A stretch of DNA of 64,000 nucleotides from the NCBI GenBank assembly GCA_003427395.1, contig BFEA01000029.1, positions 2,431,185-2,495,184 of the forward strand. The letters are read 5' to 3'. Numbering within the stretch: position 1 is the first letter of the stretch; each line of letters opens with the position of its first letter. The translations under genes and the position numbers were made by a program. The DNA is from Chara braunii (taxonomy: Eukaryota > Plantae > Charophyceae). The notes beneath the pieces were generated by a model. That model searched no databases, was not told where the DNA came from, and saw only the letters and a list, made by a program, of their open reading frames with translations. Of the stretch, positions 25,048-38,205 are shown piece by piece.

Positions 25048-25048
<1 letters not shown>
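24772..25048. mobile_element. Half copy of the Tc2/pogo-type MITE family
   Basis: Starts CCGTCTTCGCCCAAAAATA; diverged reverse complement of about 30470-30737; cut by the LINE poly(T) at 25049. Confidence 0.75.
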
Positions 25049-25080
<32 letters not shown>

Positions 25081-25134
25081 AGTTTGTAAGGAATTCTGAA
25101 GTGACCCTCAGCAGAAAGTCAATTCATTCATATA

Positions 25135-26056
25135 TGCAAGTACAATGATTGAAAGCGAGAAGCACAAATCCAGATTGCAATTACACGAAAATAGCCAAGA
25201 GTCTCATAAAGAACCAGCGAGCAGAAATGCACTTGAAATCACTAATGTACAGTACAATGATGAACAGTATCGACAATGTAGCCGTTTGCCGTCATCAGCA
25301 ACACATGAGAGTTATACTCCCATCTGGCGCACAGCACCCAGCCTACTCCTAGCCCATCTACTCTTAGCCTATCTACGTTGCAGACAACCAGCCAAATCAG
25401 CACTGAAGTCGGAGCACATGAAGAATGTTGCCCAAATGCAGACCTTTGCATGACTCCCGATGACCTCGCTCTTTACCTCTCGCTCTCTTCTTCATCCCTC
25501 GACTTCCCTCAACGCACTACCGCCGAAGGTCCACCATATCCACCACCATCAGTGTTGGCCAGAACGCCTGGCTATGGCGCCTCTCACCCAGCAGCTACCA
25601 GAGCAGCTGCTCGTCCAGCGCTACGGCACGCACACACAAGGGCTAGCCAGGCAGTGTGAGACACAGTAGCGTGACCGCATTGACTGCCAGCAGCCCGAAT
25701 GCCCTCGAGTTAGCCCTGCCTTGCCTATATGGTGCTGTGTGCGACCTGGACCGGTCCCAGTCGGGGTCATCGCGTGCGGCCCGCGTATCCAGCATGCAGG
25801 CCCAGTTTCAAGCTGCTTCCAGGGCCTGGTACCGACAGTTAGGTTCAGGCAACTGTGTGCCTTTGGACGTCAAGCTCACACGGACCCAGCATTACGTGCT
25901 CAACCAACTGGCGTCTGGTAACTGTCTGGCGCCCCCAATATTCTCAGAGACTCTCGTCCTGGCCAAAAATGGAAATTGACAGGCCCTCCCTCACTTAGTG
26001 CGCCCTGGAGCTGTCTTTGGGGTCCCGGTTTTGCTGTGAGGGGCCTGAACCTCGCA
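25135..26056 (-). repeat. 3' LTR
   Basis: Direct repeat of 32695-33638, roughly 90% identical by eye; TGCGAG...CTTGCA on minus. Confidence 0.92.
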
Positions 26057-26069
26057 TTCCCTCCTCCTC
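26057..26069 (-). promoter_or_regulatory. Polypurine tract
   Basis: GAGGAGGAGGGAA immediately before the 3' LTR TG. Confidence 0.85.
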
Positions 26070-26506
26070 AGAATTGATAGTCCTTTGAGATGCTCTTCTT
26101 TTTTTTTCGCTCTGCACAGCCTTCCCCTTCAACCTTCTTTCAGACTCAGTGACGATCTGTTGTGCAGTCCTGATCAGTTCCTCCTTGGCATTCCAGCGAT
26201 CTTTTGCAGGATCAATGTGATGCCTGAACCTCACGTGATACTCTCGGGGTGGTCTAGAAGGTCTTCCTCTGCCAACGGGTTTTGCTGGAGGAAGGTTGCG
26301 ATGTCCCACAATATCGTCGATGTCAACTTGGCCTTCTTCCATGGTGTCTCCTTGAAGGAAATTCTTGTGTTTCTGCAAAAGGTGCCAGCTTGGAGGCATG
26401 GAATACAGGGTGAGTGCGTAGATGCCTTGGGACTATCAATGCTCTGGAGCTGTCTTTGGGGTCCTGGTTTTGCTGTGAGAGGCCTGAACCTCGCATTCCT
26501 TCCTCG

Positions 26507-29500
26507 TTAGCATTGATAGTCCCCTTTGATATGCTCTTCTTTTTTTTTGTCCCTCTGGACAGCCTTCCCCTTCAACATTCTTTCAGACTCAGTGACGATC
26601 TGTGGTGCAGTCCTGATCAGTTCCTCCTTGGCATTCCAGCGATCTTCTCCAGAATCAATGTGATACCTGAACCTCACGTGATACTCTCGGGGTGGTCTAG
26701 AAGGTCTTCCTCTGCCAACGGGTTTTGGTGGAGGAAGGTCGTGATATCCCACAATATCGTCGATGTCAACCTGGCCTTCTTCCATGGTCGGGGGCAGCAT
26801 GGATCTCCTTGAAGGAATTTTTTATGTTTCTGCAAAAGGTGCCAGCTTGGAGGCATGGAATACAGGGTGAGTGCGTAGATGCCTTGGGACTCTGACGTTA
26901 GAGGGCCCATCTATATCTGTTCCCATTATGTCTAGTACCTCCCACGGTCCAAAATACTGTGGCATTAGTTTCCTACATACGCCGAACTCCTGTCCTAGCT
27001 CTGCAGACTTAACGGAGACACATTCCCCTACCTGAAATGTGGACTGTCGGCGATGCTTGTTCTCGAAAGCAATCATTGCTGCCTGAGACTTGATGCAAAT
27101 GGTCAAAAGCCTCTTCAAGCATCTTCTCGTAGTGGACTGCAAGGCTCCAGGAGCTGCTGTTGGTTGGCTTCCCGGAAGGAGGAAGTCGATTGGAGTTAGT
27201 GGCTTCCAGCCAATATGCAGATTGATAGGGGTCTTGCCTGTTGTGCTATGAACAGCGTTATTATACAGGCTTGCGACGAGGGGCAACTGCTTGTCCCAGT
27301 CGTCCTGACTACTTGATGTAGTGCCGCAAGAGATGCTGCACTGCAGGGATCATTTGCTCCGCCTGGCCATTGGCCTCCGGGCGATTACCCGAGGTCATCT
27401 GCATTCGGCTGCCCATTTTTTCAGCAGTTTGCTTCCAGAGCTCACTCGTGAAGCAGACATCTCTATCGCTAACGATAGTACGGGGTAGAACGAAATCCCG
27501 TACCGAGTGTTTCATAAAGAGTTTGATGATATCTACGATGACATACTCATACCTCTTCCCACTCTTGCTGCTGACCAGCGTATCCATGAAATCCGTGGAC
27601 ACAGTTTCACCTGGTCCAGCAGGAATTGGAAGGGGTTTGACCAAGCCAAGTGGTGCTTGTGTTCACAGCTTGTCCCTCTGGCACACTTGGCAGGTCTCTG
27701 TGTATTTTCTTTGCGTCATCGTACACGTTAGGCCACCAAAACCTCTGAATGAGGTTTGCACAAGTCTACTTGTAGCCGAAGTGGCCGGTCGCGTTGTGAC
27801 ACTCCCTTAAAAATAAACTACGCAAAAACTCATTTCACGGAACACAATCTTTTTGTCCCTGCTTGTTCAAGAAAAAGCGACCCCTCCACCATTGACTCGT
27901 CCAAGGTTTTCTTATCCTTGGAGTCGAGTTTGCGAATGATGTCCATCATGACTGGGTCTTCCTTGTAGGAAACCAGGTTTGTGTTATTGCATCGGTTAAG
28001 CCAAACTCAGTTATTAATGCCCCCAGGTAGTCAGCTCTACAAGACAAGGCGTCAACAACCTTGCTATACTTGCCCTTTATGTATTCTACTTCGAACTCGA
28101 ACTGGTCGATATACTCGATCCAGCGCTTCAAAACGTCAGACAAGGCAGACCAAGTCTTAATCGTTTTTAGAGTCTGATGGTCAGTTCTTAAAATAAAGAA
28201 TCTGCCCAACAAATAGTGCCTCCAATGGGTCAAGGCCTTGTATAGAGCGAATAACTCTCTCTTGTAGATGGACTTGGCTAACTTTTGAGATGGCATCTTC
28301 TTGCTCATGTATTCTACTGGTCTCAACTTTGGCCCCTCCTGCTGAACTAGTACGATGCCTATGCCATATTAGCTTGCGTCAGTTGTTACTATAGATAGCT
28401 TATTCGGATTTGGAAGCTTAAGGACATCATGATTGGTTAGAACATGCTTCAGTTTCCTGAAGGCTGTTTCACAATCATCAGTCAATTCCGAAGGGGTGTC
28501 AAGACATGTTAGATCAGTCAAGGGGCTCAGAATCGAACTGCAGTTCTTAACAAACGGGCGGTAGTACCCCGTTATCCCCAAGAAAGATCTGACCTCAGTA
28601 ACAGTTCGAGGTAGTCAACTCCCAAGGGGTGTCAAGACGTGTTAGATCAGTCAAGGGGCTCGCAATGGAACTGTAGTTCTTAACAAACGGGGGGTAGTAA
28701 CAGTTCGAGGTTGCGGCCAGTGCCTGATACTAGCCACTTTCGCATCCTTGGGCTTGCGTCCCTGTGCGGACACTCCATGACCTAAGTAAAGGATCCTGGT
28801 GCATCCAAACTCGCATTTCTCCAGGTTTACCTTAATTTTGTGTTGCCGCAAGAGGCCTAATACAATGTCTTAAGTGTTTAGGGTGCTCCGTGGTAGACTT
28901 ACTAAAGATAAGTATGTCATCCAAGTACATGACTACAAACTTATCTAAGTAGTCATGAAAGATCTGATTCATAGCGTGCTGGAATGTTCTCGGCGCATTG
29001 CATAGGCCAAAAGGCATTACCACAGACTCGTACATACCGTACCTGGTTTGAAATGCCGTTTTGTGTTGATCCTCGGATCTAATCGCAATCTGATGGTAGC
29101 CAGATTTCAAGTCTATCTTAGAAAAGTACTTTCATCCCTGCACACGATCCAGCTAGTCGTCTATGTGCGGTAGGGGCTCGGCATTCTTCACGGTGATGGC
29201 ATTGAGACCCCTATAATCAATGCGCATCCTTAGAGTGCCTCCCTTCTTTGGCTCAAATAAAACGGGTGATCTGTAGGGAGATCCAGCCCTTCTCTATTAG
29301 CTCCTTCAATTGTTTGCGAAGCTCGTCAAGCTCCGCGGGTGCCATCCTATAGATTCTTCCTTTAGGTGTTCTACTACCAGGGACTATCTCTATTGCGTGG
29401 GCTACTTCTCTTCCCACAACTCCTGAGGGCTCCTAAAAAAGGTCCGGATCCTTAGTGATGATGCTTTCTATCTTTGGAGGGGTTTCTACGGCCTTTCCCT

Positions 29501-31879
29501 TCTCAGAGACATAGACTGGGTACATTCCCTCCTTAGTTATAGAATGATTGGGCAGACAGGCAGCAATAGGATGCCATTATACTAGTAGGGCCAAGATACT
29601 TGGCCAGTCTAACCGTCTGTCCATCCGGTAACTTGTACAGCACCAGTTTTCGATCCCAGTCGAACTGGGGCTTGGTAACTTCGGGGTAGGACATGCCTAG
29701 TACCATATCAAATGGCAGTTCGTCGCTGACAAGAAAGGAGATTTTGTGTTTTACTTCTCCATCCCCGTAGGAGAAGCAACAAACCGCGTTCCTAACATAG
29801 GAGTCCATGGTCATACTCTTGTCGTTGGCTAATGTAGATGAGATAGGTCTACTTAGCTGGTGCACATGGTCCTCGAAGTGCATCCTCTCAATGCAGGAAC
29901 GGCGAATGAGGCTCCACACTTACGCCCATCAACACTAACCTGCACCCAGGAGTGCTTGCCCTTAGGAGCTTTCCTGGCGGCCATCCAACTCTAACGAGGA
30001 TCCTTACCTGACCACTCAGTTTGGAGAGTTTTAAAGTCTACAGACACGTTTTACGAACATAGCATCATTTGGTCTAGACTTGCCTGTGGGGTGACTTGAG
30101 AGTCGCTACCGTCTTCACCCGAAAATACTGCCCGAGGGTTGTATACGAATGTAATGCCCGCTGGGCGTCGTATTCGTGTACAACGCTCGCCGGGCGTCAT
30201 AGTCGTTTACAATGCCTGCCGGGCGGCATATTCGTCTACAACGCCCGGGCGTGATAATCAGTAAATTGGTGCCAACTTCGGTGGGGGCGCAAAATTCCAA
30301 AAAAAAACAAAAATACAAAAATAAAAAAAAAATAAAATTCTGTAAAAAAAATATGTTGTCCAGAATTGCAATGCAACCATCTTTTGGTTGAGGGTCACCA
30401 CATAATTCCTTATAAACTTGGAAATGAAAATTAAAAAATCAAAATTAAAAAAAATCAAATTGAAATATGCCCCTTGGAATTCAAAAGCCCTTTCAACCCC
30501 CTTTAATACCCATGTATATTTGCCTCCCCCCCTTTCAAACCCATGTACACTACCTCTACAAGGCACTCTGCTCATGGAACATTCAAATATAACGCCCGGG
30601 CGGTCCATTTGAATTTTACGCCGGGGCGTTATATTCGACGGGGCGTTCTATTTGAGAAAAAAAGAGTAAAAACGAAAATGTGATATTTCAGGGTAAGTTG
30701 AAAATAACGCCCGGGCGTTATTTTCGGGTGAAGACGGTAGCTCTGGCCAACTTCTGAGGTGGCGAGGGTTCATCCTTCACTTCAGGCTGAGTAGAAGCAG
30801 CTAGAACTTCTACCGTCCTGATGTGTTTCCCTGCGATCCGCTCGCACTTTGGGACGAAGATTCGCCCGCACCTCCCTTAGGTGGAATCTTCTGAGAGACC
30901 TTGTTTTGGCACCGCGTGTACGTGTGGCCGTACTCGCCACAATTTATGCAAGCGCCCCGTTTGTGCCGGTCCATCCACATATCCTTATCAAGACCGACCT
31001 TTACCCAGGTGGGACCTGAGGTTTGGGTCTGCATCTTGCCCTGACTCCCCTTCTGACCGCCCTTACCACGGTCAGCCAGCTTAGACTTGACATTTATGGC
31101 AACTGTACCTCCCTCTAGGACCTCCTCGCTGTCATACGATTTGTCTTCGCCTAGAAGATCGAAGTCGTCGGTCACCTCTATCTGATTACCGTCTGTATCT
31201 ACGAACAGTAGGCGTTCTTCTTCCAATCCTGGGGGATTTTCTTTCTTCAATCATCTACAGGTTCTGACTGCGTGGTCCCCAGCTTAGCCTCTATATTAAA
31301 GGCCTTTTTTTTGCTGAAGGATGGGAAATCGTGCAGTTTGGTGCTTGCCTCTGTGGCCAGCATCTGCCTAACAGGCTGAGGTAGGCAGTGCAGGTATGCC
31401 GTCAAGAGGACTTGTGGGTTGTACTCAACCCCAGGGACCACAATTAGGTTCTCTATGACAGTGGTAATATCGCGCACAGACTTACACTTCCTAGTATCTA
31501 ACTTGCTACGTGCATCTGTAGCCTGCTGCGCCTGCTGCGGGTTATGCCACTGCTGCTCCACCAAGTCCAGAAACTCCAGAAGGCTGTGTGCGCAGCACCA
31601 GCCCTCATAATCCTTGTGGTAACCTTGCTGCTGGACAATGCCATCCAGCCACCTAGCCGCCGACCCTTCCAGGTATGACGCTGCAACCATCATGTCCTGG
31701 TCCTGGCGCGTGTCCTTGGCCCTAATGTGTGCTGGCAGCGTCCTAAGCCGAGTATTCAAATCTTTGTCCTTTCCTTTGTCTCCGGAAAAAGGCTTGGGCA
31801 GTGCTATCGATACTTTAGGAGTCCACCTAACCTGTTGCCCCAAGGTCTGTGCCTGAGCAGCAAGCACTGTCTGACACAC
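26507..31879 (-). pseudogene. gag-pol polyprotein pseudogene
   Basis: Fragmented ORFs 31879-31247, 31250-30810, 29919-29533, 29110-28832, 28581-27946, 27644-26822, 26800-26507, with frameshifts, stops and a MITE insertion. Confidence 0.9.
30109..30737. mobile_element. Tc2/pogo-type MITE, 629 bp, inserted between gag and protease
   Basis: Perfect 19-bp TIR CCGTCTTCACCCGAAAATA; TA duplication at 30107-30108 and 30738-30739; subterminal AACGCCCGGGCG repeats. Confidence 0.9.
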
Positions 31880-32679
31880 TTTAAGAAACCTGATACACTT
31901 TGTTTATCATCGTGTGCGGCGAGCCCTACATCTGACAGAACTGGCTGATCTAGAGGCAATTTAAGGACAGCCCCCGAAGTCCTCAGGAATTCTTTTACGT
32001 CGCAGACAGGACGGCGATCGCACCCAGATGTCAGATACCGCCAGAGGTTTTTTTATAGACGGTCTGGTGCCCGTCTCTGTTTGCCCACAACCCCCTCTAC
32101 GTGCGGCAAGAGTCTGAAAAGACAATGCAGCAAAGCCTGCGTGCTCTACTACCATTGGGTTGGCATGGTGACTGTGACCCAGTGTGCTTCGTCCAGTGCC
32201 CGTCAGAGGCAACACCCTCTCCCACCAGATGCTTCAACAAGAAGAATGTCGACATTCAAGGTTGCGCGCTCACGACCCCTGCCAAGAGAGGACACTTAAG
32301 ACTGACTCTCAATCTCACGGTAAGAAGAGATGAAGATGGGAAGATAAGGTAACTGGCAATGTACCTGATAATTGCTGCCCCCAACCACAGATTTCTCACC
32401 AGTTGTTCTGACGTGCATGTGATGACCGGTCAGTAGCCTCAGCACCACCAAAACAGAATGCAGTGCCACCTCAGCAATAATGCCACACCAGCGTACTCTC
32501 ATTATTCCACAAGTGTCCCTACACCCATCTAGTCGCGTGCGGCGACCAGTAGCCTTCCAGCGGCTTCCCCTCTACCCAGGGACTGCTTTTTCACAAGCCC
32601 CAGAAGCGTTCACACCACAATGATCATGGCAGCCAATGTCGCCGTCCTAAAGTGCCACGTCAGCGAATGTACAGTACCA

Positions 32680-32691
32680 GCTCCGATACCA
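32680..32691 (-). promoter_or_regulatory. Primer-binding site (initiator tRNA-Met, one mismatch)
   Basis: TGGTATCGGAGC, 3 nt after the 5' LTR end. Confidence 0.85.
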
Positions 32692-32694
32692 AAT

Positions 32695-33638
32695 TGCAAG
32701 GACAATGATTGAAAGCGAGAAGCAGAAGTCCAAATTGCAATCACACACGAAAATAGCCAAGAGTCTGATAAAGAACCAGTGAGCAGAAATGCACTTGAAA
32801 TCACCAATGTACAGTACAACGATGAACAGTATCGACAATGTAGCCCTTTTTTATCATCAGCAACACGTCAGAGTTATACTCCCATCCGGTGCACAGCGCC
32901 CAGCCTACTCCTAGCTCATCTACTCTTAGCCTATCTACGTTGACGACAACCAGCCAAGTCAGCACTGAAGTCGGAGCACATGAAGAATGTTGCCCAAATG
33001 CAGACCTCCACATGACTCCCAGTGACCTCACTCTTTCCCTCTCACTCTCTTCTTCATCCCTCAACTTCCCACAGCGCACTACCGCCGAAGGTCCACCATA
33101 TCCACCACCATCAGTGTTGGGCAGAACACCTGGCTATGGTGCCTGCCTCCACTCTCACCCAGCAGCCACCACAGCAACCGCTCTTCCAGCGCTACCGCAC
33201 GCGTGCACGAGCGCTAGCCAGGCAGTGTGTGGCACAGCAGTGTGGCCGCATTGAATGCCAGCCGCCCGAATGCCCTCGAGTCAGCCCTGCCTTGCCTATG
33301 TGGTGCTGTGTGCGACCTAGACCGGTCCCAGTCGGGGTCATTGCGTGCGGCCCACGTATCCAGCATGCAGGCCCAGTTTCAAGCTGCTTCCAAGGCCTGG
33401 TATGGACAGTTAGGTTAAGTCGACTGTGTGCGTTTGGACGTCAAGCTCACACGGACCCAGCATTACGTGCTCAACGAACTGGCGTCAACTGGTGTCTGGT
33501 AACTGTCTGGTGCCCCCAATATTCTCAGAGAAATCTTGTTGTGGCCAAAAATGGAAATTGACAGGCTCGCCTTCACTTAGGGAGGCCTGGAGCTGTCTTT
33601 GGGGTCCTGGTTTTGCTGTGCGGCGGCTGAACCTCGCA
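32695..33638 (-). repeat. 5' LTR
   Basis: Direct repeat of 25135-26056, followed by the PBS. Confidence 0.92.
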
Positions 33639-34195
33639 TATATTGCAAAAAAACAATCAATTCGAGGCTGGGGACCTCACAATTCAACCCGGAGTTACCC
33701 CTGCAGCATTAGCCAGTTTCGCTTATGAAATCCACCAATTAGTAATTCGTATGCTGCTAGAAAATCAATTTGAATTCACTGTGGTCTGCAAAGTCATTCT
33801 CTTTTTACACTGCAGGCAACTACCAGAGAGTACTCTCCTTCATTTACTGTCTCTAAGCGCTCTCTACTGCTAATAGCTAGCAGGCCTAAGTTGGCCCCTG
33901 GGACTAGCTCGGCCCAGTGGACGCTGTCCTCCTATCTTGGCACTCTCCGACTCGGCCCGCTGTGGCCCTGCAGAATCTAGTGCCCTGTCTCTCAGTTTCC
34001 GCTTTAACTATCTACAAGCCATTGCGTGATTAGCAACTTCCCTTCCGGTGTGATGGTTGCCAGTCGTTTTTCTGTGTGCCCACGTCTTCGGGAACCACTT
34101 CAGCTGTCCCTGCTGCCACGTCCCATGCGCATTTTCCTCCGCCAGTCAGCTCTAATTGCCAGCTTTAGACCCTGCTCTATTAGTACCTTTGCCGC

Positions 34196-34358
34196 GTGGG
34201 AAAATAGCGGGCCTCGGTTGGTCCTCGGAATTTTTCGGAGGCTGAAACGAAGTGACGACCACCGATCAGATTTATCAATGGCAGTCGTCGTCGGGCCCGA
34301 CCTCTGAATCTTTAGGAGTTTGGGAAAACTGCCACTTTTCCCTATTTTCCCAACACTG
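34196..34358. mobile_element. Small TIR element remnant
   Basis: TGGGAAAATAG at the left and CTATTTTCCCAACACTG at the right; left end incomplete. Confidence 0.35.
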
Positions 34359-34359
34359 G

Positions 34360-35303
34360 CGGAGGTACTAGTGGTTTAACACAAGAGCTCCATTCTATTC
34401 GTGGGGAGCAGCAAGTGTTGGGAAACGGGCCCAACGTCCCTTATTCATCTCCGATGGGGCGGGGGTCCCCACAGTCTACCCGGATAGGAACCATCAAGGA
34501 TATTCAGAGGTAATAACTAAAACTGAGATCACGGCTAAAGTTGGTGACACATTGAGTAATGGAGCATATCGTAAAGTAGAGAGAGAAGTTATAGAGCTCC
34601 TTCCCTACATCAGGCCCTCTCTGCACAAAGGTGGCTGCCTAGTGGAACTTTATGAACAAGGCCTGATGGGGGGATGATCCCACAGTATATCTGAGTAGGT
34701 TCCTTACCTGATTCAGAGATAGTCGCCCATTGGAAGGAAGAGAACCATTTTTTTCCGAAATGCACTCCTAGCCAAGTCTGTAGAAGTAGAGTTGTTCCTA
34801 ATTCTTGTCCAGACTGTCATTTTGTCTATGCGCATTGCCTGTTCATATTGGGCATGCAGAGAGGGAAGTGGGATTCTTGTATTGAGAAACCTCCTGTCCT
34901 TCCTGGCAATCCATATTTGCCAAAAGGCCTTGGCTCTGAAGAACTGAGAAATTTTTCCGTCCCGCTGTTCTTGTAGACCTGGTTTCACTCCACCTGTGAA
35001 TACCATGCTTTCGCTCCAAAAGTCTGTTACATTATAGGCTTGGGACCACCATCCAGCAAAGATGCAACCAGTCTCCTAGACTTTGGTGGGGGCAGATGTC
35101 ACAAACAACATTGACATTCATCCCTGTCTCTGAGCGCCATAGAGCGGTAGGAGTACAATAATGTAACTGTAACCACTGTAATCCTCCTATTTTGGTTTCT
35201 ATTGAAGAGAGAAGAATGCTAATTAAAAAAAGAAGCCACTTAGATGACATAGGGTAGAGTTTGAGTGTAGAAGATTTTTGTTGCCATTTATTCTGCTCTG
35301 ATC
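34360..35303 (-). mobile_element. 3' fragment of a second LINE family nested in the host LINE
   Basis: zf-RVT-like VCDICPHQSLGDWLHLCW and FWQIWIARK; conserved 3' hairpin motif at 34387-34440. Confidence 0.75.
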
Positions 35304-36222
35304 TCGATGTCTGAGAGAGGTCTTTTCTGGAACCTGGCCCTGTTTCGGTCCACCCAGATCGTCTCACACAGAATTCACCTGACCACATGCGCCACGTACT
35401 TCCATCCTTCTTTGGCCTTGTCCCCCAGTGGGAGGAATCGCGACAGGACCCAGTGCTCTTCCCAGTCTACATCTGTTCGGCCCATCGTCTCACAGTGTTG
35501 TTTCCACCACTTCCAGATTCTCTTGGACGCAGGACATTTCCACCAGAGGTGCCTGGTCGATTCAAACGGCCTGTTGCACCGTCCACACCTCAGTTCCACT
35601 TCCAATCCTCTGCTAACCAGCCATACCGCTGACGGAGTCACCAGTAGCGATATTTGCCACATAATACTAACTTGTTTTCCATTGGGCCCAGAGCTGGTTA
35701 AAGTATTCCTCTGAATTCTGGATGCCGTCTCCCAGCATCACTTCCTGCCTGCTGGCTGCTATGGCTGCCGGGGCTTTCCTGTGTGCACCTGCCAGCTCAT
35801 ACCCTGTCCTCACCTTGTATTCACACAAGTTGACGCATGGCTGGTTTGCTCTTCCTCTTTTCAGCACCAGGCCGTAGGGTCTATCTTCAGTTCCCTCAGT
35901 GGAATTATTGCTATCCATGACAGAGTCCTGACCCTCCTTGTTACCTCCGTTCCTTCGACCACCCGTGTCTGTGGCGGGTTGTTCCAAACCAGGATTGTTT
36001 CCTCCCCCAACTTTGTTAAGTTGTTCAATCTCCTTTCCATTTTCCACCACTCCACTCTTCTTAACCCACTTGGTTGTATCTCCATTACTTTCCATACCAC
36101 CCCTGGTTCTTCCTTCTGCTGGTCCACGTACCGGGTGCCGGGTGGGTCCACTTCTTTTCCATTCCTGGGGGATGGCGTGGATGATGGTCGCCCAGTTTTC
36201 TTCTGCCCTGTGCAGCCCCCTC

Positions 36223-37853
36223 AAAATTTTTATTTTACTTATTTTATTATTATTAATATTTTTTAAAACCCAGGTTGTTGTAGATGTGGGATACTTGACC
36301 GATGGCTGTCACCCACAGTACTCGGCCACTCATTGTCCCTCTGAAGACCCCACCCACCCTTCCTCTCATCTTTTTGCCCTGCTGGACCCCCACCCCCCCT
36401 GTCCTACCCTAGTGTTAACCACCGGGGACCATCACCCATCACCATCTTGGCGGGGTGACCTGACGATACAGCGGTTGCAGGCACCCGGGCTAAGCAGAGA
36501 CACCTACCCCCCTGCTCAGCCCTGGTTGAAGCAGACGCCGTTCAAGCCTGATTGCACGGGGACTTCGGGAGCCAGGTATGAACATGCTACTACAGGTCTT
36601 CATGAGGGTGCACAGTGGCTCCCATCTAGCACACTTGTGTGGTGATGACAGAGAGCTGGGAATCCTCTGTTCCCTTGTGTGTCCCTGGAGCCCGTTCCGG
36701 CCCCACGGTAAGGTGCAGTATCTGCTGACACCCCCGACATCCCGTACCAAGGAACTGCTATGCCAGCCTCAACCCTACGCTACGTACTAGGAGGATAGAC
36801 AACCCTGAGTCTTGAGTTATGATTTTGAATCTCTTATGTTGTATTACTACAATGTTCTATTGTGTTGATGGTAGAGAGAGCTGGGGATCCTCCATTCCCT
36901 CGTATATCCCTGGAGCCACGACCCCGCGGTAAGGTGCAGTATCTCCTGAGGACCCTGACGTCCCGTACTAAGGAACTGCTATGCCGACCTCAACCCTATG
37001 CTACGTACTAGGAGGATAGCCAACCCTGAGTCATGTGTGTATTACTACAGTGTTCTATTGTGTTGATGGTGGAGAGAGCTGGGGATCCTCCGTTCCCTTG
37101 TATAAACCTGGAGCCCGTTCCGACCCCTCAGTAAGGTGCAGTATTTCCTTACACCCCCGACATCCCGTACCAAGGCACTGCTATGCCAACCTCAACCCTA
37201 AGCTACATACTAGGAGGATAGCCAACCCTAAGTTGTGAATCATGGACTGTATCATGGACTGTGTATATTGACCCTGGAGAATCTATTAACCGTGTGTTGT
37301 ATGGTAATCTGTAAGAGCTGGCAATCCTCTGTTCCCACGTATGTCCCTGGAGCCCGTTCCGGCCCCGCGGTAAAGTGCAGTATTTTCCTGACACCCCCGA
37401 CATCCCGTACTAAGGAACTGCTATAACAGCCTCAACCCTTGACTACGTACTAGGGGAATGACCAGAATCTGGTATTGTACACAGGACCTCACGTGAATCA
37501 TGCAAATGACCTAACCTATTGGCCTAAGCTATGAAATGGTCTGTAGCTTTGCTCTGCTGGGCTCGAGTAGACCAGACTGTACAAACCACCCAGCAGTCTC
37601 GTGACGACACCATAGACCAAGAACATCAGGATACCACGCCATCGCCCAGTCCCAACATACAACAACCATGAGCTACCCCTTGGGTGGTGCGCAGGCAGTG
37701 TTTGTAATAGCTTACCTGCGTCATCCCAAGGGGTGTGTCCAGCCGTGGGTCACTCTAACGCCCTGCGGGTGTCCATGCGCAAGGTTGCGAGGTTTTGAAC
37801 CCACAACCTTATACCACAATGCGCATTTCGAACCGGTGCTCTAACCACTGAGC
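36223..37853 (-). mobile_element. About 1.6-kb tRNA-headed non-autonomous retroelement (long SINE-like) with internal tandem repeats
   Basis: Minus-strand GCTCAGTGGTTAGAGCAC (A-box-like) and GGGTTCAAAACC (B-box-like) at about 37785-37853; A-rich tail at 36223-36265; interrupts host LINE ORF2. Confidence 0.5.
36650..37455. repeat. Four copies of an about 150-bp core (period about 200-240 bp)
   Basis: GAGCTGG..ATCCTC..TTCCC...CCTGGAGCCCGTTCC...GGTAAGGTGCAGTAT...CATCCCGTACYAAGGAACTGCTAT...CCTCAACCCT..CTACGTACTAGG. Confidence 0.85.
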
Positions 37854-38205
37854 AGTGAGGACCAAAGGTCCCTGATTCTCACTACTCCCCTGCGTGTCCA
37901 GGCCTGCCCAAAGGTGGCTGTTGCACCGTCTGCTGCAAACGTTCTACCTCCTCCACGTTGAATCTTAGTTATGGAACAAGACTTGGGCAAGTACATCCTA
38001 TTTTGTATGCAGCTGCTGCACGGGCACTGGGGGACATTTCCTCCATGCCTTTCGTACTGCATTTCAGAATGTAGATTTCAGTCTTCTTTTGCTGAAGGAG
38101 TCCATCAGGAAGCATGCCCATACGTCTTTGGGCCGACTCAGTTGCCATTCTGTCATCAAAAGCGGTTCCGCAAGATGGATCCAGTGTTCTAAGTCTTCAG
38201 TAGCG

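Larger units (their letters stand above)
25135..33638 (-). mobile_element. Complete but decayed Ty3/gypsy chromovirus-type LTR retrotransposon
   Basis: Two TG...CA LTRs, PBS, PPT, TATA on both flanks; order gag - knuckle (CINCGEYGHTYTRC) - PR - RT (KSGYHQI, MPFGLCNAP, YLDDIL) - RNase H (TDAS, RELFAL, TDHQ) - IN - chromodomain. Confidence 0.95.
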
